Below, one piece after another: positions 34,990 to 42,537 of a stretch of DNA of 42,537 bases. Position 1 is the first letter of the stretch, and each line of letters begins with the position of its first letter. Both the position numbers and the translations under genes were made by a program. Source of the DNA: an uncultured Ignavibacteriaceae bacterium (lineage in GTDB: Bacteria; Bacteroidota; Ignavibacteria; UBA10030); assembly GCA_964372545.1 (NCBI GenBank), contig CAYJSZ010000007.1, positions 1-42,537 of the forward strand, given 5' to 3'. The notes beneath the pieces are model-generated. The model did not search any database and was not told the origin of the DNA. It saw nothing but the letters and a program-made list of their open reading frames with translations.

Positions 34990-37011
34990 TCACTCCCGGC
35001 CGGACCAAAACCGTCCGGTCGCAATATCCATTTCTCCCAACCGAACGATGACCCTTCCCTTATACTGGAGTATCGATACTACACCGTTGACTCGTTTCTC
35101 CGTGAAGGAGATTGTCGAATGAATCCCTTCGAACGCCTTCAACGCTGCAAATGATCGTGCAATGTCATCTCGATGCCGGGCACCCTCAGAAAGGACTTTG
35201 AGAAGTGCTTTCATCACGTCGTATGAGTACAGCGAATTCTTCGTCGGTTTTTCCCCGAAGCTCCGTTGGTACCGCTCCTCGAACGCTCGATAATCTTCAT
35301 CCTCCTCGCGCCAGTAACTGTCCGTCGGGAAGATGATACCGTTGGTATACCGGCGGTGCTGCTCCAACTCTACGACATCGTACCATTCCCCTCCTCCCAG
35401 CAATGTCGACTGGAAATTGAAGTACCGAATTTGTGAGCTCAGAACTCCGATTTCCTCAGCGCTCGCAATCGGAACAAACAAGAGGTCGACATTTCCCACC
35501 GGGATCTCGAGACTATCCACTTTCAATCGCATCGGTTGGACGGGAATCTTCAAAGAATCGGCAATCCGTTTGCCATTTTCACCGAACAAGAAATCCACTG
35601 AAGGAGCGCTGCCCCGTTTGACCAACGAATCTAACGTTCGCTGCGGGACTCCCCACCGCAACATTTTCGCGAGATCCGCATTTTTCGGTTTTGTAGAGAA
35701 ATCGACCTCAAACTGCTCGACCCTGGCAAAAGCCTGCTGCCGAATCGCCATGAATTGAGTGCGCAAATCGGTCGTCCCCGGCTCGTACCACTGAACGGCA
35801 AAAATCTCACCGCCTGACTGCCGGGCTTCATCTTCGAAGGATTCGACCATCGATCTGCCGATTTCGTCGTTCGGAGCTAAGATTGCAAACGTCCGGGCGC
35901 CGAGCTGTCCTCGCGCGTAGTGCGCCAAGGCACGACCGCGAACATCAATGTTTGGATTGGCCTGAAAAACATAAGGGCCTGCCGACGTAATTCCATTTGC
36001 CGTCGCGGTCGGAGAAACCACGGGTACACCTCGGGCATTCGCAATCGACGCGCTGAGCGAGAACTCTTCACTGTGTGCCGGGCCAACGATTGCCACGATC
36101 TCGTTGTCAGCGCAGAGGTCTTCGGTTGCGCGAGCTGCACGTTGAGGATCCCGCTCGGAATCCCGAATCTCCAAACTCACTTTGGGTGTGGAGATCTGAT
36201 TATACTCTTCGGTTGCAAGTTTAATTCCTTCGAGTAGCTCTCGTCCAACCTCTTTCCCGCCAGGCTGTGTCCCTTGCTCCATCAGCGGCAAGATGACCCC
36301 GATCTTGAGAACGCCGCCTTTGTGAATTCGCTCGAGCAATTGCAGTGCTCGACCTGCCGAGCGAATGGTGGGCGACATGCGGCTGACCGGAACAAGAAGC
36401 TCTTCCGCGGCTCTTGCATCCCCGGATCGAAAGATTTTTTCCGCCAGGGGAACAGTCAGCAGCGCTCTGGCTTCGTCGTTGTTCGCATTGCCCAACAACA
36501 GCCGGAGGTGAGCAATACTGAGCTGCCCGGCGGCCAATTTTTCGAGCCAGACGGCTGAGCGGGAACGAATCGTCCGATCGTTCGTGGTTTGCAGTGCGCC
36601 CAGAAATTCCGTCGCTGCTTCCTCGTGCCGCCTCAACTGAAAGTAATTCAGCCCCAGAGTGTAGCGCACGTTATCGAGGTAAGACGATTCGGGATAGAGG
36701 TCGAGGACTGTTTTCAGACGCCTGACAGACTCTCGATACGCTTTGCGGTGATAGTCGACCTTTGCCGCCATGAGCAGCGCAGCGGTGATGCGGTGGTTTT
36801 GCGGAAAGTCTCTGATGATTTCGTCGAATGCCCTGCCTGCCCGATCGTACTCACCGGCCGCGAAGCGTTCTAACCCTTCTTGAAAAAGGCGTTCGGCTTC
36901 GGCTTGGAAGACGACGCTATCCTGCGTGACCGACGCGGGTCCGGCAGAGGACATCGCTGTCAATACAGCGAACAAGGTGACCGAGAAAAAAACCGCGCGA
37001 GAAAACGACAT
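34990..37011 (-). CDS. Secreted TPR-domain protein fused to a type-1 periplasmic binding fold (LivK/LpoA-like architecture)
   Basis: ATG at 37011 gives the signal peptide MSFSRAVFFSVTLFAVLTAMSSAG. The N-terminus has BamD/YbgF-like TPRs. The C-terminal PBP1-like blocks include KIGVILPL, IVGPAHSEE and TFAILAPNDEIGRS. Confidence 0.7.
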   Translation of the reverse strand: MSFSRAVFFSVTLFAVLTAMSSAGPASVTQDSVVFQAEAERLFQEGLERFAAGEYDRAGRAFDEIIRDFPQNHRITAALLMAAKVDYHRKAYRESVRRLKTVLDLYPESSYLDNVRYTLGLNYFQLRRHEEAATEFLGALQTTNDRTIRSRSAVWLEKLAAGQLSIAHLRLLLGNANNDEARALLTVPLAEKIFRSGDARAAEELLVPVSRMSPTIRSAGRALQLLERIHKGGVLKIGVILPLMEQGTQPGGKEVGRELLEGIKLATEEYNQISTPKVSLEIRDSERDPQRAARATEDLCADNEIVAIVGPAHSEEFSLSASIANARGVPVVSPTATANGITSAGPYVFQANPNIDVRGRALAHYARGQLGARTFAILAPNDEIGRSMVESFEDEARQSGGEIFAVQWYEPGTTDLRTQFMAIRQQAFARVEQFEVDFSTKPKNADLAKMLRWGVPQRTLDSLVKRGSAPSVDFLFGENGKRIADSLKIPVQPMRLKVDSLEIPVGNVDLLFVPIASAEEIGVLSSQIRYFNFQSTLLGGGEWYDVVELEQHRRYTNGIIFPTDSYWREEDEDYRAFEERYQRSFGEKPTKNSLYSYDVMKALLKVLSEGARHRDDIARSFAALKAFEGIHSTISFTEKRVNGVVSILQYKGRVIVRLGEMDIATGRFWSGRE

Positions 37012-37018
37012 GGGATGG

Positions 37019-37924
37019 TTATGACCGGCGTTTTGTGGAAACAATCAGCTCTGCCTTCCCCTGCAACGCTTTGCGGTGCTGCGGATCTAAGGCGAGCGCC
37101 TTCTCAAAATACTCCAGCGCTCGCTGGTGGTCGCCGCGTTTATGGTAGAGAGCGCCAAAGTTTGCCACTGCATCGGTACAGTGGGGGTTCAGTTCCAGTG
37201 CCTTGCGCAAATACTGTTCGGCTTCGTCGAGCTGCTGAAGCGCGATGAGCACCTCCCCACACAATTGCCAGGTGGTCGGCTCCTGAGGATCCATCTCGAT
37301 TGCAGTGACAAACTCTTCATACGCATTCCGCCAATCGTACATGCGCGTGTACGCGACGCCCAGGAGATGATGGCCGATCCAACTGTACGGATCGTGGACG
37401 AGGGCGCGCTGGAGAACGGTGATGGCCTCTGCGACCGCGTTCCGGCGCAAGAGCAACTCGCCGAGAGACTCATGAATTTTCGGAAAACGCGAGTCGAGTA
37501 GCAACACCTTCCGGAAATACTCTTCGGCCAGTCTGTAATTATGACGATAGAAGTACACCAATCCGGCGTTGAAGCTGAGGTGTGCGCGCATTCTTGTCGG
37601 GAGCGTTCGCTCAATCTCGAGGAGCTCTTTGTAATACGAGAGCGCTCGTCCGTACTCGTGCCGTTTCAAGCTCAGGTTTCCCAGGAGAAACGTGATCTCG
37701 TTGCGCTCGCTCGTGCGTGAGCGCGCTTCCAGGAGCGCGTTCTCCGCCGCGTCGTACTGCTTGAGCTCGCTATAGACCTCCGCCATCTCAATCCAACCGA
37801 CGTCCAGCGATGGTGCGAGCCCGGTGATTCGATGGTACAGCTGAATCGCATGAAGATGCTTGCCGTCCTCGACAAAGCTTCGGGCACGGTCAAGTAATTG
37901 AGCCAGTGCGGGTTCGTCGGTCAT
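37019..37924 (-). CDS. Tetratricopeptide-repeat protein
   Basis: About 300 aa of consecutive 34-aa TPR-like units (A..Y...L..dP patterns). First ATG at 37924; the track start at 37969 is TTG. Confidence 0.75.
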   Translation of the reverse strand: MTDEPALAQLLDRARSFVEDGKHLHAIQLYHRITGLAPSLDVGWIEMAEVYSELKQYDAAENALLEARSRTSERNEITFLLGNLSLKRHEYGRALSYYKELLEIERTLPTRMRAHLSFNAGLVYFYRHNYRLAEEYFRKVLLLDSRFPKIHESLGELLLRRNAVAEAITVLQRALVHDPYSWIGHHLLGVAYTRMYDWRNAYEEFVTAIEMDPQEPTTWQLCGEVLIALQQLDEAEQYLRKALELNPHCTDAVANFGALYHKRGDHQRALEYFEKALALDPQHRKALQGKAELIVSTKRRS

Positions 37925-37983
37925 CGTTGACAAAGTACAAACACCGTGAGTGAATTTCAACCACCGCAAGAAAACCGCACCGG

Positions 37984-39687
37984 TCAGAAGTCTCGTTTCA
38001 GCGACCGCATTCCGACCATGAACGCAAACACGGTCAGAATGATGGAAACGGCATACACCAAAATTCCCGGAAGGACAATACTGCGCATTTCGAACGCCCG
38101 GAAGATAAACAGAGATTCAAAGTAGCGGGAGATAGGAACAATGGTGATGACGACCAACGCGATCAGAAACACCAGAGAGACGAGAAACGTCAGTGTTGCC
38201 CCCTGGGACGAAGAGACCCTGATCGGGTTTGTTTCCGTGAAGTTGGCGAAGTATCCGCCGAAGCCATAGTTGAGCGCCGCCATGGTCAGCGAAACCCAGA
38301 ACGCACTGTACATGCCGAAATACATCAGCAGCGGCCGTCGCTCAAACGTTCGCACGAAAGGAATGTTCGAAGAAATCGCTACGATCTCTGTCAACAAGAA
38401 CACGAACGAAAACGCAAGCAAGAATTTCGTGACATAGACTTTTCGAATGTCGATCGGGGAGCTCAACAACGACCAGAAGGGCTTCCCTTCCAAACTGATC
38501 ATGGGAAAGATAAACCGCAGCGCAAGGGAGCTGGAGAGAAATCCGCCAAAGCCGTAGAGCACGAGGTAGGTCATCGTCTGGATTTCCGTCACGCGGAGCG
38601 TAAGGTCCATACTCCGTAAGCTCATCACAAAAAGCGTAATGAGCACGAGCATGACCACGAGATGAATCCACTGGCTCGGCTCACGGATAAACTGAAAATA
38701 CTCTTTCTTTAGAAGTGACTCAAGTTGCGACGGTAACCATGACGGTTTTCGAAAATCGAACAACTTGGGTTTCACATTCACCTCCGGCGTGTTGCTCGAC
38801 GCCTGGAATTGATACTTCACGACCCAGCTCCGGAAATAGAACCGGTGGGCAACGAGCAAGCAGACCACGAACGCCGCGGCAACTGCACCCAGGAGAATTC
38901 CGGCAAACGGCAACGACTTCGCAACGTCTTGGCGTGCCATGTAGAACAGAAACTCCGAAACCCAATGGTTCGGCATGTACACCAGGAATCCCGGATCAAG
39001 TTTCATCATATACTGGTCGACGTTGGGATAGTACCGATTCACCCGCGAGACGAGGTCAACCGGGTTTGAGAATCTGAAAAAAAGCATCACGATGACAAAA
39101 TACGATCCCCCAATACCGACCATGACCTTGCGAAACCCCCAGCGACTCGCGATTTTCATCAATGCCATCAGTACCAGCACGGCAAGACAGGCCGACAAGA
39201 ACATGAACGGAATCAACACAAAGAGCATGACCCCTAGTTGCCAGTACCATGAATAGCCGAAATGCGAGCCGTACCCGAGCAGCACCATGAACGCCACAAG
39301 GAACAACGTCGTCGAGCTGTAGAGAAAATTGTCGAAAAACTTCAGAACGAAGATGGAAGTATACGACACGGGCTTGGTGAGAAAATACTCGACCTCGCTG
39401 GACCGGTACAGCGTGGCATAGGACACGACGATGTTGCCGAGATTGACCGCCATGAAGAAGACGAAGAGCATCATGGAAATGAAACGGTGGAAGAGGTAGA
39501 GCCCGATGCGCGTTTGATCGAGCACAAACGACGTGATCCAGGAAGAAAGCAAATACGCCCCGGCCGCAAACCCTCCGAAGACGACCAGCGACCCGACGCC
39601 GCGCACGACGGTGACGAAACGGAAATCAAAGGTCGTCTTGAAGAAGGTGATAAGCTTGTACTTCAGGATGTGCAGAACAAGGCGCAT
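37984..39687 (-). CDS. Polytopic permease of an ABC exporter
   Basis: 567-aa highly hydrophobic ORF. It starts 4 nt after the stop of the ABC ATPase gene. Confidence 0.7.
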   Translation of the reverse strand: MRLVLHILKYKLITFFKTTFDFRFVTVVRGVGSLVVFGGFAAGAYLLSSWITSFVLDQTRIGLYLFHRFISMMLFVFFMAVNLGNIVVSYATLYRSSEVEYFLTKPVSYTSIFVLKFFDNFLYSSTTLFLVAFMVLLGYGSHFGYSWYWQLGVMLFVLIPFMFLSACLAVLVLMALMKIASRWGFRKVMVGIGGSYFVIVMLFFRFSNPVDLVSRVNRYYPNVDQYMMKLDPGFLVYMPNHWVSEFLFYMARQDVAKSLPFAGILLGAVAAAFVVCLLVAHRFYFRSWVVKYQFQASSNTPEVNVKPKLFDFRKPSWLPSQLESLLKKEYFQFIREPSQWIHLVVMLVLITLFVMSLRSMDLTLRVTEIQTMTYLVLYGFGGFLSSSLALRFIFPMISLEGKPFWSLLSSPIDIRKVYVTKFLLAFSFVFLLTEIVAISSNIPFVRTFERRPLLMYFGMYSAFWVSLTMAALNYGFGGYFANFTETNPIRVSSSQGATLTFLVSLVFLIALVVITIVPISRYFESLFIFRAFEMRSIVLPGILVYAVSIILTVFAFMVGMRSLKRDF

Positions 39688-39690
39688 ACA

Positions 39691-40410
39691 TTACTTTGTC
39701 AGTTCGATAAAGACAGACTCGAACTTGCCGTCGTATTTCTGTTTCAGGCCGTCAAGCTCGCCGTGCGAGCCGACAAAAATCAGTTTGCCGTTTTTGATAA
39801 TGCCGATGCGGTCGCAGAGCTCTTCTGCCACCGGAAGACTGTGCGTCGACATGAAGATCGTGATGCCGGCCCGAGCTTGAGCCTTGAGGGTGTCCTTCAC
39901 GATTCTTGCGCTGCGCGGGTCGAGGCCAATCATTGGTTCATCGATGATGATGGTTTTCGGATTGTGAACCATCGCCGCTGTAATCGTGATGCGCTGGCGC
40001 ATCCCCTGCGAGTAATCTTCCGTGCGCTTATCGACCCAGTCGCCGATTTCAAAGTGTTCGACGATCTCATCGATTTTCTTGGCCAGCGCCCGCTTCTCGA
40101 GTTTATACAAACCTCCGACAAAATAGAGAAACTCTCTTCCCGTCAGCTTATCGTACAGGAATGGCTGGTCGGGTACATACGAAAACGATTGTTTCGTCTC
40201 GGTCGGTTGCGTGAAAGCATTATAGCCATTGATATAGATCTCCCCGCTCGTCGGCGTAAACAATCCCGCCATCATCTTGATGGTGGTCGTCTTGCCGGCA
40301 CCGTTGGGACCGAGGAAGCCGAAGAACTCGCCCCGCTCGACTCTGAGCGTGAGGTCGTCGACTGCCGTGAAGCTTCCGAATTTCTTTGTGACGTTGCGAA
40401 GTTCAATCAT
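39691..40410 (-). CDS. ABC transporter ATP-binding protein
   Basis: Walker A GPNGAGKTT, signature YSQGMRQR, Walker B IIIDEP. Confidence 0.92.
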   Translation of the reverse strand: MIELRNVTKKFGSFTAVDDLTLRVERGEFFGFLGPNGAGKTTTIKMMAGLFTPTSGEIYINGYNAFTQPTETKQSFSYVPDQPFLYDKLTGREFLYFVGGLYKLEKRALAKKIDEIVEHFEIGDWVDKRTEDYSQGMRQRITITAAMVHNPKTIIIDEPMIGLDPRSARIVKDTLKAQARAGITIFMSTHSLPVAEELCDRIGIIKNGKLIFVGSHGELDGLKQKYDGKFESVFIELTK

Positions 40411-40505
40411 AAAAAGGTTCTGAGTTCAGAGTTTCGAATTTCAGGTTTGCATGACTCGACTATTTTTCTCGATTCACCGTCCACAGCTTACAATTCACTG
40501 TTTTC

Positions 40506-42050
40506 TTACTCCCATTCTATCGTCGCCGGAGGTTTGGAACTAATATCATATACGACCCGGTTGACGCCGCGGATTTCGTTGATGATGCGGTTCGAGACTC
40601 GCGCAAGAAGCTCGTTGGGGATCTGTGCCCAATCCGCCGTCATCCCGTCCACGCTATCCACCGCCCTCAATGCGATCGTGAAGTCGTACGTTCGGCCATC
40701 GCCCATCACGCCGACCGACCGTACCGGGAGCAAGACCGCAAAGGCCTGCCAGAGCTGCTCGTACAGTCCGGCCCGCTTGATCTCCTCGATGAAAATATCG
40801 TCAGCCTCCCGTAGAAGATCCAGCTTCGGCCTCGTGATTTCTCCCAGCACGCGCACCGCCAGGCCGGGACCGGGAAATGGATGTCGAACGACGATGTCGT
40901 CCGGTACGCCAAGCATACGGCCGATCTGCCGCACTTCATCCTTAAAGAATTCGCGGAACGGCTCAATCAACTTGAAGTTCATCCGCTCGGGAAGACCGCC
41001 CACGTTGTGGTGCGTTTTGATCGTAGCCGATGGACCTTTGAACGAGGTCGATTCAATCACATCGGGATAGAGCGTGCCCTGGGCGAGGAATTCAACCCGG
41101 CCGTCGAGCTTCTTTGCCTCTTCGTCAAACAGGTCGATGAACGTTTTCCCGATGATTTTTCTCTTCTGTTCGGGGTTCGTGACGCCGGCCAGGCGAGAAA
41201 GAAAGATATCCGTCCCGTCGACATACGTGAGGTTGATGTGAAAGTTCTCCCGAAACGTCTTCACCACCTGCTCGCTCTCCCCCTTCCGCATCAAGCCGTT
41301 GTTGATGTGGACACAGTGCAGTTGGTTGCCGATCGCTTTGTGTAACAATACTGCCAGCACCGATGAATCGACTCCCCCGCTCAGCGCACAGAGTATTCGG
41401 GAGGTTCCGACTTTTTGCCTGATGTCGGTTACGAACTGCTCGATAAACGAAGCCGGAGTCCAATCGCCTTTTGCCCCGCAAATCGTAAAAAGAAAATTGG
41501 AGAGGATTTTTTTGCCGTCGCTTGTATGAACGACTTCCGGATGGAACTGAACGCCGTAGATTCTCCGCTTGAGGTTTCGTATCGCGCAGATCGGCGAGTT
41601 GTCCGTATGCGCGATCGGTTCGAAGCCTGCGGGAATTTCGCTTAATGCATCGCCGTGGCTCATCCAAACGATTGTCGAGCCGTTGAGGCCGGCGAAGAGG
41701 TCGTCGCCCTTGTCGATTCGGAGTATCGCCTTCCCAAATTCTCTGCGAGCCGCCGAATCGACCTTGCCCCCGAGCTGGTCTGCGATCAATTGCAACCCAT
41801 AACAAATGCCCAGGACCGGCACGCCGAGCTCGTAGATCTTCTCTGAAGAACGAGGAGCCTCTTGTTCGTACACACTCGACGGCCCACCGGAGAGAATAAT
41901 GCCGATGGGGTTGAGTTTTTGAATGGATTCGAGAGGATAATTGAACGGGTGCAGCTCAGAGTGAACACCGAGCTCGCGTATGCGGCGTGCGATAAGCTGA
42001 GAATACTGAGCGCCAAAATCGAGCACGAGGACGGTTTCTAGGTGCTGCAT
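40506..42050 (-). CDS. guaA: GMP synthase (glutamine-hydrolysing)
   Basis: 514 aa. GATase (ICYGLQL, HPE), ATP-PPase loop SGGVDSSV, and the canonical C-terminus PPATIEWE. Confidence 0.97.
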   Translation of the reverse strand: MQHLETVLVLDFGAQYSQLIARRIRELGVHSELHPFNYPLESIQKLNPIGIILSGGPSSVYEQEAPRSSEKIYELGVPVLGICYGLQLIADQLGGKVDSAARREFGKAILRIDKGDDLFAGLNGSTIVWMSHGDALSEIPAGFEPIAHTDNSPICAIRNLKRRIYGVQFHPEVVHTSDGKKILSNFLFTICGAKGDWTPASFIEQFVTDIRQKVGTSRILCALSGGVDSSVLAVLLHKAIGNQLHCVHINNGLMRKGESEQVVKTFRENFHINLTYVDGTDIFLSRLAGVTNPEQKRKIIGKTFIDLFDEEAKKLDGRVEFLAQGTLYPDVIESTSFKGPSATIKTHHNVGGLPERMNFKLIEPFREFFKDEVRQIGRMLGVPDDIVVRHPFPGPGLAVRVLGEITRPKLDLLREADDIFIEEIKRAGLYEQLWQAFAVLLPVRSVGVMGDGRTYDFTIALRAVDSVDGMTADWAQIPNELLARVSNRIINEIRGVNRVVYDISSKPPATIEWE

Positions 42051-42055
42051 GCTGG

Positions 42056-42084
42056 AATATAGAAAAATATGTCGAGCTTATCAA
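42056..42084 (-). promoter_or_regulatory. Sigma70-like promoter ending 5 nt from the guaA ATG
   Basis: On the minus strand: TTGATA (42084-42079), 17-nt spacer, TATATT (42061-42056), then CCAGC-ATG. No Shine-Dalgarno motif. Confidence 0.45.
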
Positions 42085-42090
42085 AAAGAA

Positions 42091-42114
42091 AAAGGCGAGT
42101 TGCATCTCGCCTTT
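42091..42114 (-). terminator. Intrinsic terminator after the small ORF
   Basis: AAAGGCGAG / CTCGCCTTT stem with a 6-nt loop, followed on the minus strand by TTCTTTTTG. Confidence 0.6.
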
Positions 42115-42145
42115 CGACTCTGTTAGAACCGCTGGGGGTCCTGTC

Positions 42146-42334
42146 TCAAGGCGCTTTCTTTTTCTTCAGCTCTCTTGTCGAGCTTATCACCTCTTCGATG
42201 AATCGCCGGCGCTCATCTTCATTACGAAGTATTAAGAGGTAATCTCGCTGCGTCTCGAGGTACTTCCTTGCCTCTTCATCCAACGAAGACCATACTTCCT
42301 TTCTAAACCAATCGAACGTTTCAATAGCAGGCAT
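42146..42334 (-). CDS. Small hypothetical helical protein (62 aa)
   Basis: ATG at 42334 with GAGGAG upstream; the track start at 42340 is GTG. Charged helical sequence with no family recognised. Followed by a terminator. Confidence 0.45.
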   Translation of the reverse strand: MPAIETFDWFRKEVWSSLDEEARKYLETQRDYLLILRNEDERRRFIEEVISSTRELKKKKAP

Positions 42335-42336
42335 TA

Positions 42337-42537
42337 TCACTCCTCATAATCAGGAGTGTGAGATTTTTTACGTAACGTTCGGATTACGGCCGTTGCCACC
42401 ATCGAAATGACCGCCCCACTTGCTGCCAGGGCCATATCCTTTTGCGCGTCCCAGATGTCTCCCTGCGTGCCCAGGTAGGCATCTCCCGCCTCGGGGCTCA
42501 CGATAATTGCTACCAGCATCTCGATAATCTCGTATGC
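42337..42537 (-). CDS. C-terminal part of a DUF2238 (YjdF-like) membrane protein, 5' end outside the window
   Basis: Frame is open to the right edge (AYEIIEMLVAIIV...). The motif GTQGDIWDAQKDMALAASGA resembles the conserved DUF2238 C-terminal block. Confidence 0.5.
   Translation of the reverse strand, partial: AYEIIEMLVAIIVSPEAGDAYLGTQGDIWDAQKDMALAASGAVISMVATAVIRTLRKKSHTPDYEE

Noticed and set aside
39262-41070. 602-aa plus-strand ORF, the longest non-annotated ORF in the track
   Set aside because: It lies entirely antisense to the well-supported ABC ATPase, permease start and guaA. The sequence is Arg/Asp/His-rich and low-complexity with no motifs, a typical shadow ORF.
1-42537. CRISPR arrays, integrases or transposases, toxin-antitoxin pairs, restriction-modification or other canonical defence genes
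   Set aside because: No regularly spaced direct repeats and no ORF with recognisable motifs of these families were seen. The repeats present are palindromic or MITE-like, not CRISPR-like.

Overview
This is a 42.5-kb bacterial chromosomal window. It is very gene-dense and almost entirely minus-strand: about 40 CDS and one tRNA on '-', with only mazG on '+'.

Most genes are recognisable core functions:
- Transport and amino-acid use: OPT peptide transporter, proline dehydrogenase, an NSS transporter with a MetS-like 36-aa micro-subunit, GcvT.
- Envelope and division: SpmA/SpmB-like pair, periplasmic cyclophilin, UppP, LolA, FtsK.
- Nucleic-acid and central metabolism: DNA pol III delta, ComB, Fsa/Tal, RNase E/G, tRNA-Ala(CGC), MazG, PhoH, RadC, GuaA.
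- Other: a TPR/PBP1 envelope pair and an ABC exporter.

GGAGG Shine-Dalgarno sites and sigma70-like -35/-10 boxes are visible. Protein flavour and repeat types suggest an FCB-group-like organism (Ignavibacteria/Chlorobi relatives), at low confidence. I saw no CRISPR array, rRNA, integrase, transposase, prophage or canonical defence island.

Items worth a second look:
1. A left-end signalling cassette: a GAF-PP2C phosphatase, a 1433-aa kinase / dead-cyclase / STAND / TPR protein, and a membrane-anchored catalase-related haem protein.
2. Two copies of a previously unflagged MITE-like element, each with 14-bp TIRs and a 5-bp target duplication, and each inserted exactly at a gene's stop codon.
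3. A VTE5-like/VTE6-like (prenol kinase plus DUF92) fusion protein.
4. A self-contained bicistron (own promoter and terminator) encoding a coiled-coil lipoprotein and a coiled-coil LysM protein with a register-conserved Cys.
5. A translationally coupled trio: flippase-like protein, bi-domain oxidoreductase and OM beta-barrel.
6. tRNA-Ala followed by a broken tRNA-like copy, then a long structured region upstream of RNase E/G.

Limits: everything comes from reading the sequence and ORF track by eye. No searches were run. Hand-indexed non-ORF coordinates may be off by 1-2 nt.
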